Shown here piece by piece: positions 26,561 through 32,000 of a stretch of 32,000 nucleotides of DNA. The notes beneath the pieces are model-generated. The model was not told the origin of the DNA, ran no database searches, and worked only from the letters and a program-made list of their open reading frames with translations. The stretch spans positions 1 to 32,000 of the forward strand of contig JBAZMW010000004.1 in the NCBI GenBank assembly GCA_041649575.1, read 5' to 3'. Position numbers and translations under genes: made by a program. This DNA is from Patescibacteria group bacterium (GTDB lineage Bacteria > Patescibacteriota > Patescibacteriia > 2-01-FULL-39-33). Within the stretch, counting starts at the first letter, position 1, and every line of letters begins with the position of its first letter.

Positions 26561-27697
26561 ATGGCTCTTTCGGAGCTCCAGCAGACGCAGGAACTGATCA
26601 GAAAAAACAAATCAATACTGATAATCTTCAAAAAAGACTGGTCGGGCGATGCCGCAGCCAGCTCCTTGGCTTTGGCGGAAACCCTAAGAAAACTGGATAA
26701 AGCGGTGGAAATCGTCTGTCAGGATTTTAAGCCGACAACCAGCCTTAATTTTTTGCCGTTGTCACAAATTAAAAACAGCCTGATCAATCTGCAAAAATTT
26801 ATCATCAGTATTAACACTTCGCAAACCCAGGTGGGTGAATTTTATTATGACCACCAGGAAAACCGCCTGAACATCTACTTAACGCCGCAGAACGGCCAAC
26901 TGGAAGCCAAGGACGTCACCACTGCCATTTCCGATTATAAATATGATCTAATTTTTATCATTAATTCTCCGGACCTGGCTTCTTTAGGCGAGGCCTATGA
27001 AAGGCAGCCGGATTTCTTCTTCAATACTCCTAAAATAAATCTGGATCATTCCAACCGCAACGAATATTTTGGCGACGTCAATTTGGTCAATATCACTTCG
27101 GCCGCCAGCGCTGAAATAGCCTACGAGCTGATAAAAAGTCTGGGCGACAAGCTGATTGACGATAATATTGCCACCTATCTATTGGCGGGAATTATTTTTT
27201 CTACCAAAAATTTCAAAGTTTCCAATCTCACTCCCAAAACCTTAAGCATTGCCAGCTTGCTGGTACACTATGGGGCGCGGCGAGAACAAATCATCCAAGC
27301 CATTTACCAAAATAAATTTTTATCGACCCTGAAGCTCTGGGGCCGAGTTTTATCAAGACTCAACAACGACTTAGACGATCGCCTGGTGTGGTCGAGCTTG
27401 TCGGTTCAGGACTTTCTGGAGACTGCCACTACGCCCGAGGAGATTTTAGACGTGGTGGAAGAGCTGATTGTCTCCATGCCCAAAACGGATGTGGTGGTGC
27501 TCTTGCACGAGGGCCGGGACATAAACAAAAAAGAGGTCTGCTGTTTGGTTTACGCTGTCAAAAACGGCAATGCCCTCTTTCTTAGTAAAAGATTCGAGCC
27601 CAGCGGTAACAGTGAGATTGCTAAATTCTCTTTAAACAACCTTTCCTTGGCCGAAGCCGAGAGGCTGGTAATCGGTGAGATAAAAAGCAAGCTGTAA
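26561..27697 (+). CDS. DHH-family (NrnA/RecJ-like) phosphoesterase homologue with degenerate catalytic motifs
   Basis: The architecture and spacing resemble DHH/DHHA1 proteins. Motif I reads DWSGDAAAS, the DHH motif reads DHS, and the GGGH position reads PSGN. I chose the ATG at 26561 because the track's TTG start at 26498 lies inside a TTGACA -35 box. Confidence 0.65.
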   Translation: MALSELQQTQELIRKNKSILIIFKKDWSGDAAASSLALAETLRKLDKAVEIVCQDFKPTTSLNFLPLSQIKNSLINLQKFIISINTSQTQVGEFYYDHQENRLNIYLTPQNGQLEAKDVTTAISDYKYDLIFIINSPDLASLGEAYERQPDFFFNTPKINLDHSNRNEYFGDVNLVNITSAASAEIAYELIKSLGDKLIDDNIATYLLAGIIFSTKNFKVSNLTPKTLSIASLLVHYGARREQIIQAIYQNKFLSTLKLWGRVLSRLNNDLDDRLVWSSLSVQDFLETATTPEEILDVVEELIVSMPKTDVVVLLHEGRDINKKEVCCLVYAVKNGNALFLSKRFEPSGNSEIAKFSLNNLSLAEAERLVIGEIKSKL

Positions 27698-27704
27698 GCT
27701 AATC

Positions 27705-27733
27705 TTGAAAATTCGAAAAAAATAGGTTATATT
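27705..27733 (+). promoter_or_regulatory. promoter of the tRNA-Ile/Val operon (TTGAAA-N17-TATATT)
   Basis: TTGAAA at 27705-27710, a 17-nt spacer, and TATATT at 27728-27733. Confidence 0.5.
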
Positions 27734-27765
27734 AATAACACTGTTTATTAAAAATCGCTAGATAA

Positions 27766-27838
27766 GGGCCAGTAGCTCAGGGGTTAGAGCACCGCTCTTA
27801 TAAAGCGGGGGTCGGTGGTTCAAATCCACCCTGGCCTA
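27766..27838 (+). tRNA. tRNA-Ile with genomically encoded TAT (UAU) anticodon
   Basis: Manual cloverleaf: acceptor GGGCCAG/CTGGCCT, D-arm GCTC-AGGGGTTA-GAGC, anticodon arm CCGCT-CTTATAA-AGCGG, T-arm GGTGG-TTCAAAT-CCACC, discriminator A. The body closely resembles bacterial tRNA-Ile. Confidence 0.85.
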
Positions 27839-27897
27839 CAAAAACAAATTGGAATTAAAAGTTAATTGTTTTTAAAAAAGTAAAGACTGACATTAAA

Positions 27898-28021
27898 GTG
27901 GATTTGAAGGGCAGTAATGAGCCAAATCCCGCCACCGGCGGGATGAAGGCGAGACGCCCGCCAAATCCGAGCAAGCGCAGGATTTGGCGCTGCCCCGGAC
28001 CCAAATCCACCCTGGCCTACA
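27898..28021 (+). other. structured G+C-rich insert ending in a duplicated tRNA-Ile 3' fragment
   Basis: The 20-mer CAAATCCACCCTGGCCTACA occurs at 27821-27840 (in the tRNA) and again at 28002-28021. GTGGATTTG (27898-27906) pairs with CAAATCCAC (28002-28010). GGGCAG (27909-27914) pairs with CTGCCC (27990-27995). GCCAAATCC (27921-27929) pairs with GGATTTGGC (27980-27988). An inner hairpin is CCCGCC-ACCG-GCGGG. Confidence 0.65.
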
Positions 28022-28028
28022 AGAATGA

Positions 28029-28102
28029 GGACGGCTAGCTCAGTTGGTTAGAGCACTATCTTGACGTGATAGGGGTCAGAGGTTCGAATCCTCTGCCGTC
28101 CA
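28029..28102 (+). tRNA. tRNA-Val (anticodon GAC)
   Basis: Manual cloverleaf: acceptor GGACGGC/GCCGTCC, anticodon arm CTATC-TTGACGT-GATAG, T-arm AGAGG-TTCGAAT-CCTCT. Confidence 0.9.
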
Positions 28103-28112
28103 TAACTTAAAA

Positions 28113-28138
28113 GTTCCCACTACTGGTGGGAGCTTTTA
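28113..28138 (+). terminator. intrinsic terminator of the tRNA-Ile/Val operon
   Basis: GTTCCCAC-TACTG-GTGGGAGC followed by TTTT. Confidence 0.7.
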
Positions 28139-28165
28139 CTTTAAGCCTGTTTAAAAAAAATAAAA

Positions 28166-28633
28166 CTAAATATTTCTCTCCAATACTAAATCATAATCCT
28201 TAAACCCCTCTCTTCTGTAAAACCTGATTGCTCTAAAATTTTGAGCACTGGCGACGACACGAACTCTTTTAGCCTTCTTCAGCCGGCACCATTTAATAAA
28301 TTCTTTAAATAATTTGCCTCCGATTCCCAGGCTACGGAATTTTTCAAGCACGAACATATTTTCGGCTTCTGCCAATTTAGATATTGTTCTATATTCTTCG
28401 GCCTCAACAATACCACCGACTAGATAACCAATAACTTTATTTTCTAAAACAGCTACTAAGGCACAGCCGCTCCTTATTCTTTTTTTGAAATACTTTTCAC
28501 TAGGATCGCTAAGTGAATAGTCCTTATCAATGGTCTGATCAAACTCCGCATACTCTTTTAAACAAAGACGGTGATTTAAGTCTTGGATGTCTTTAAAATC
28601 TTTAAGGGTGGCAAATTTAATTTTTGGTTTCAT
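28166..28633 (-). CDS. GNAT family N-acetyltransferase
   Basis: Acetyl-CoA binding motif (FRSLGIGGKLFKEFIKW) with GNAT-typical length. I prefer the ATG at 28633 to the TTG at 28648, which would overlap a + strand promoter. Confidence 0.85.
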   Translation of the reverse strand: MKPKIKFATLKDFKDIQDLNHRLCLKEYAEFDQTIDKDYSLSDPSEKYFKKRIRSGCALVAVLENKVIGYLVGGIVEAEEYRTISKLAEAENMFVLEKFRSLGIGGKLFKEFIKWCRLKKAKRVRVVASAQNFRAIRFYRREGFKDYDLVLERNI

Positions 28634-28685
28634 ATATTTATCTGCCAATTGACTAAAATTACTAGGCTGACTTTATTGAGCAATA

Positions 28686-28810
28686 GGAGTGACGGTTATT
28701 TCTTGCCCGCGCATCTCGTTTGGACCACCTGAACAAGTCAGGCGGAACTGTTTTTAGCGGCTTACGGGGCACGAGATATACACCACCCGCAATAACTAAC
28801 CGTCACTCCA
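28686..28810 (+). ncRNA. small structured RNA, possibly an SRP (4.5S-type) RNA
   Basis: A 13-bp terminal stem pairs GGAGTGACGGTTA (28686-28698) with TAACCGTCACTCC (28798-28810), with inner ATCTCGT/ACGAGAT pairing. The segment CCCGCGCA...CACCTGAACAAGTCAGGCGGAAC...AGCGGC resembles the bacterial SRP pattern CCCGCAA...CTGAACC.GGTCAGGTCCGGAAGGAAGCAGC. The apical helix is not canonical. A TTGACT-N17-TTTATT promoter lies at 28649-28677. Confidence 0.45.
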
Positions 28811-28951
28811 TTTTACCTAATAAAATTTTAAATTTTCATCTTTGAGTTCTACATACGAGCTGGCTAAAATGACCAGCCAAATACAGTGTCAATTATAGTT
28901 GAATACGTCTCTAAAATCAAGACGATCCTGGTGTAATAAAAAAATAAAGGA

Positions 28952-28980
28952 TTGACTTTTTTATAAATTTTACGTAAAAT
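28952..28980 (+). promoter_or_regulatory. promoter TTGACT-N17-TAAAAT
   Basis: TTGACT at 28952-28957, a 17-nt spacer, and TAAAAT at 28975-28980. Confidence 0.5.
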
Positions 28981-29022
28981 AAACAAACCATTGTCTCTAA
29001 ACATGGCACAAGGAGAATGGAG

Positions 29023-29265
29023 ATGGAATTTGTTCCTTTCTATATCGACACCGACACCACTAATACCGGAGTTAGAGATTCTGAGCAATGGGCCCGAGTC
29101 GAGGCTGAGGAAAAGAGACTCCTGCCCAACGCCAGGTTATCGGTTACACAGGAGATACGTGGGTTACCAACTTTCGGCTTCGACAACTGGAGAGGCTATA
29201 CGGGGGAAACGCTCGGGGAGTGGGCGCGTAGGAGGGGAATGGACCTTTTCCCCGACCGATTCTAG
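29023..29265 (+). CDS. hypothetical small protein (about 80 aa)
   Basis: AAGGAG (29010-29015) lies 7 nt before the ATG at 29023. The track's ATG at 29017 is too close to it. A GCCGTGACCG/CGGTCACGGC terminator hairpin (29288-29316 plus a T-run) follows the TAG. No family recognised. Confidence 0.5.
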   Translation: MEFVPFYIDTDTTNTGVRDSEQWARVEAEEKRLLPNARLSVTQEIRGLPTFGFDNWRGYTGETLGEWARRRGMDLFPDRF

Positions 29266-29287
29266 AAAGTCAATGACCTTTGATTCT

Positions 29288-29328
29288 GCCGTGACCGTGC
29301 ACTTAGCGGTCACGGCGGTTGCTTTTAT
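29288..29328 (+). terminator. intrinsic terminator
   Basis: A 10-bp stem pairs GCCGTGACCG with CGGTCACGGC, followed by GGTTGCTTTT. Confidence 0.65.
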
Positions 29329-29418
29329 GACAAAAAACTTTATCATAAAACAATCAAATTTAAAATAAAAAATTGGGAATTTAAAGGCTTTTTATGTTAG
29401 AATAAAGATAATAGTTGT

Positions 29419-31017
29419 ATGAAAATTAGCGTAGAAAAAAAATTACGAAACTGGCAACTAGAGGCGCTGAAATCGCCCGAGTTTGCTTTTGTGGAAAAGT
29501 TGACAAAAAAATTCCCCGAGGCGAAAGTTTACTTGGTGGGCGGTGCCGTCAGAGACCTGATTCTAGAGCGTGATACTAAGGATTTTGATTTTGTGGTGGC
29601 CAAAGTGCCGGCCAAGGATTTGGAAAAATTCCTTAGCTCTTTGGGCAAGGTCAATCTGGTTGGCAAAAGTTTTGGAGTATTTAAGTTTGTACCTAATAAC
29701 GTCATCCCGAGCGAAGCCAGGGGAGAAGTGTGGGGATCCCGCGGGATTGCCACGTCGTCCGGTTCCGTTACGCGGAACCGGTCTCCTCGCAATGACATTA
29801 TTTTTGAACCCTTCGATATCGCTCTGCCGCGCACCGAGCATGCGGGCATGAGCGGCGGCTACAGGGATTTCGAAGTGCAAAGCGACCAAGACTTGCCAAT
29901 CGAGGAAGATTTGTCACGCCGCGATTTTACTATTAATGCCCTGGCCTGGGACTTGAGAGAGAAAAAAATAATTGACGAGTTTGACGGACTAAAAGATTTG
30001 GAAAATAAAACTATCAAAGCGATTGGCAAACCGGAACAGAGATTCCAGGAGGATTATACCCGCCTGCTGCGCGCTATCAGGCTCTGCTGCCAACTGGATT
30101 TTATGATCGAGGCCCACACCCTGAAAACCATTCACGACAAAGCTCAAAAAATCGGCACCATTGCCAAAGAAAGAATTAATGAAGAGCTAGTCAAAATTGT
30201 CATGTCGAACAAAGCCGAGGACGGTTTTCGATTACTGCAAAAAATCGGGCTTTTAAAAATATTAATTCCAGAACTGGAGTCGACGGTTAACATCAGCCAG
30301 AATAAACATCATATTTACGACATTTTTGAACATAGCGTACGGGCGCTGGGAGCAGGCGCTCAAAGGAATTATTCGCTTTGGGTGCGGCTGGCGGCGCTAC
30401 TGCATGACATTGGCAAGCCGCAAACAAAAGAGGGCGAAGGCCCCGACTCAACTTTTTACAACCACGACATCGTTGGAGCCAAAATCGCCAAAAATATTTT
30501 AAAACGACTAGATTTTTCCAATGAGACTATTAGCAAGGTGACGCATTTAGTGCGTTATCATATGTTTTATTATGCCCTGGATACGGTGAGCGACGCCGGA
30601 GTAAGGCGACTACTAGCGCGACTGGGCAAAGAAAATATTCAAGATTTCATTGATGTCAGAATCTGCGACCGGTTGGGCATGGGCCGGCCTAAGGCCAAAC
30701 CCTGGAAGCTGATTGAGCTGGAACGCCGACTCAAGGAAGTGCAGCTCGATCCCATTACTCCCAAGATGCTCAAAATCAATGGCGATGAGCTGATGAAAAT
30801 TTTGAAAATCAAGCCGGGACCGCGAGTGGGCCTGATACTTAATGCCCTGCTGGGCGAGGTTTTGGAAGATCCCGAGAAAAACGATAAAAAATATTTGACC
30901 AAAAAAATGAAAGAGTTGGATAAATCGAAAGACGAAGAATTAAAAAAACTAAATCCGGATGTAAAATTTTACGAAGAAGAAAGGAAGAGGTTGCTACATT
31001 TCAATAAAGACAACTAA
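29419..31017 (+). CDS. cca: CCA-adding enzyme (class II tRNA nucleotidyltransferase with HD domain), carrying an in-frame 32-codon insert
   Basis: GGAVRDLIL..D.KDFDF head motif, RRDFTINAL motif, and a C-terminal HD domain (HHIYDIFEH, LLHDIGKP). None of the five tRNA genes in the window encodes CCA. Confidence 0.9.
   Translation: MKISVEKKLRNWQLEALKSPEFAFVEKLTKKFPEAKVYLVGGAVRDLILERDTKDFDFVVAKVPAKDLEKFLSSLGKVNLVGKSFGVFKFVPNNVIPSEARGEVWGSRGIATSSGSVTRNRSPRNDIIFEPFDIALPRTEHAGMSGGYRDFEVQSDQDLPIEEDLSRRDFTINALAWDLREKKIIDEFDGLKDLENKTIKAIGKPEQRFQEDYTRLLRAIRLCCQLDFMIEAHTLKTIHDKAQKIGTIAKERINEELVKIVMSNKAEDGFRLLQKIGLLKILIPELESTVNISQNKHHIYDIFEHSVRALGAGAQRNYSLWVRLAALLHDIGKPQTKEGEGPDSTFYNHDIVGAKIAKNILKRLDFSNETISKVTHLVRYHMFYYALDTVSDAGVRRLLARLGKENIQDFIDVRICDRLGMGRPKAKPWKLIELERRLKEVQLDPITPKMLKINGDELMKILKIKPGPRVGLILNALLGEVLEDPEKNDKKYLTKKMKELDKSKDEELKKLNPDVKFYEEERKRLLHFNKDN
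29701..29796. repeat. 96-nt palindromic (MITE/RPE-like) element inserted in frame in cca
   Basis: Imperfect terminal inverted repeats are GTCATCCCGAG... and ...CTCGCAATGAC. An internal 9-bp hairpin is CCGGTTCCG-TTACG-CGGAACCGG. The element starts exactly at codon 95 and is 32 codons long (VIPSEARGEVWGSRGIATSSGSVTRNRSPRND). It splits FGVFKFVPNN from IIFEPFDIALPRTE. Confidence 0.6.
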
Positions 31018-31044
31018 AAAGCACGCGACTACTGCCCCGCGTGC
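31012..31044 (-). terminator. intrinsic terminator of the minus-strand two-gene cassette
   Basis: GCACGCG (31021-27) pairs with CGCGTGC (31038-44). A TTTTT run follows on the minus strand. Confidence 0.55.
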
Positions 31045-31081
31045 CCAGGCTAAGCTGATGGAGTGAACGCCCAATGTATGA

Positions 31082-31366
31082 CTACTTCCCTAATAAATCA
31101 CCTGCGCCATTCTCGCGCATGTACGCCTCGGCTCGTGCCGCATTTGGATCGATGCGGGCATAATCATAGACATCGTTGGCGCACCTATCCACTTGATCAC
31201 CAATGAAGGAAAAACGATTGAACCAACCCTTCTCGTCGAATCCTGACGGCCTGATGAACTGCACTACGTCGCCGCTGGGACTACTGCCAACCGGGCTTAG
31301 CAGAATATAGAACCGTCCGGATTCCAAGTCTGCGGCTGTCACTTGTTTTGCTGCTGTCCCCGCCAT
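31082..31366 (-). CDS. hypothetical protein (94 aa), second gene of a two-gene cassette
   Basis: AAGGAGG lies 7 nt upstream, directly after the stop codon of the preceding ORF (translational coupling). Codons are C/G-ending. No family recognised. Confidence 0.55.
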   Translation of the reverse strand: MAGTAAKQVTAADLESGRFYILLSPVGSSPSGDVVQFIRPSGFDEKGWFNRFSFIGDQVDRCANDVYDYARIDPNAARAEAYMRENGAGDLLGK

Positions 31367-31378
31367 AGATGATCCTCC

Positions 31379-31714
31379 TTAGCGCTGACTAACACTGATG
31401 TCGAAGAAAGCACGTAGACTCTGTGAAAGCCGTTTTTCCATCTGATCAAGTTGTTTGCCTCTCACGCGACGGCCGAAATCCTTTAAAGGGACCTGACCTT
31501 GGACAAGCTCGCCGGTATCCGAATTGAGCACAAACACATCAATGCCGGCTGGACTCACGAGAGCGCCACTTCTACCGATTACCCTGATGATCTGCTGAGA
31601 TTCTCTCCGATAATAGCAGGCGTCTAGACTCAGCCCTTTATACTTCTTTTTCTTCTCGTCTACCTGCCAATTCATTATCCAAACAACTCCGTGTTCGACT
31701 TTTCTTCGTCTCAT
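31379..31714 (-). CDS. hypothetical protein (about 111 aa), first gene of a two-gene cassette
   Basis: I prefer the ATG at 31714 (MRRRKVEHG...) because GGAGGGAGGTGGAG lies 5-9 nt upstream. The track start at 31735 would sit inside that SD-like run. Confidence 0.55.
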   Translation of the reverse strand: MRRRKVEHGVVWIMNWQVDEKKKKYKGLSLDACYYRRESQQIIRVIGRSGALVSPAGIDVFVLNSDTGELVQGQVPLKDFGRRVRGKQLDQMEKRLSQSLRAFFDISVSQR

Positions 31715-31771
31715 TGCGACTCCACCTCCCTCCATAAGAGCGGATTAAAAGCCAAAGCCAATGTACAGCTT

Positions 31772-32000
31772 ATGATAGAAAACATTACCATAATAAATTC
31801 TAATAGTCAAGGCCAACGCCTGGATAAATTTTTGGTGGAAAAATTACCGGAATTATCCCGTTCGCAAATCCAAAAAGCCATTAAAGACGGTCTGGCTTTA
31901 GTCAATGATAAAAAGGTGACAGTACACCACTTTTTGAAAGCGGGTGATGTCGTTAAAATCATTCCCCTTTCTTCTAAGGAGGGGCCAGGGGGAGGTTCTG
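31772..32000 (+). CDS. RluD-like pseudouridine synthase, N-terminal S4 domain only (runs off the right edge)
   Basis: My own translation from the ATG at 31772 gives MIENITIINSNSQGQRLDKFLVEKLPELSRSQIQKAIKDGLALVNDKKVTVHHFLKAGDVVKI... This is the typical RluD/RluA-family S4 N-terminus. It is absent from the track because it has no stop in the window. Confidence 0.7.
   Translation, partial: MIENITIINSNSQGQRLDKFLVEKLPELSRSQIQKAIKDGLALVNDKKVTVHHFLKAGDVVKIIPLSSKEGPGGGS

Noticed and set aside
27915-27955. Hammerhead-ribozyme-like motifs (TAATGAG ... stem ... CGAGAC) inside the tRNA-Ile-linked insert
   Set aside because: Compared with CUGAUGAG / CGAAAC, the invariant core positions are substituted, and the stems do not arrange into a three-way hammerhead junction.
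28864-29368. Alternative ORFs 28864-29088(-), 28991-29368(+) and 29164-29346(-)
   Set aside because: The 29023-29265 frame alone has a correctly spaced AAGGAG and a stop followed by a terminator. The 125-aa frame reads through the terminator hairpin.
29529-29889. Three extra ORFs (two minus, one plus) overlapping the cca insert region
   Set aside because: They are open frames created by the G+C-rich palindromic element inside a clearly homologous cca reading frame.
31960-32000. G-rich run (AAGGAGGGGCCAGGGGGAGG, translating PLSSKEGPGGGS) at the very end of the rluD-like ORF. It might be the start of another in-frame repeat element.
   Set aside because: It is cut by the window edge. I cannot see its extent or an inverted repeat, so there is no basis for a call.
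1-32000. CRISPR arrays, rRNA genes, IS elements, integrases or prophage genes
   Set aside because: I saw no regularly spaced direct repeats and no transposase, integrase or rRNA-like sequence on either strand. The only significant repeats are the tRNA-fragment duplications reported above.

Overview
This window looks like a gene-dense stretch of a small-genome, AT-rich-intergenic bacterium. A Patescibacteria/CPR-like origin is my inference only. I ran no database search, so all calls rest on reading the sequence and the ORF track.

Recognisable housekeeping genes:
- comM/yifB, lspA, a DksA/TraR zinc-finger protein, pnp and rpsO
- a nitroreductase, cfa, tyrS and valS
- a DHH-like protein, a GNAT acetyltransferase, the CCA-adding enzyme and the start of an RluD-like gene

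Other modules:
- two tRNA operons: Arg-TCT, Arg-CCG, His-GTG; and Ile-TAT, Val-GAC
- an ECF sigma / anti-sigma / MacAB-type ABC efflux cluster
- an SdpR/SdpI-like pair with a perfect palindromic operator

Observations worth a second look:
1. A viperin-like radical SAM enzyme is fused to a C-terminal HD phosphohydrolase domain (10075-11524). It is split by a 1-nt frameshift in a T8 homopolymer.
2. Two structured G+C-rich inserts are embedded in duplicated tRNA fragments. One sits in the D-loop of a tRNA-Arg 5' fragment, the other beside a repeated tRNA-Ile 3' end. Both end in CCCGGAC at the junction with tRNA-derived sequence.
3. A 96-nt palindromic element is inserted in frame in the cca gene.
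4. Seven orphan ORFs have strong Shine-Dalgarno sites and C/G-ending codon usage. Neighbouring core genes show neither property.
5. An unclassified structured RNA-like island lies at 3733-3975, next to a cluster of three DnaA-box-like sites.

I saw no rRNA gene, CRISPR array, transposase or integrase.
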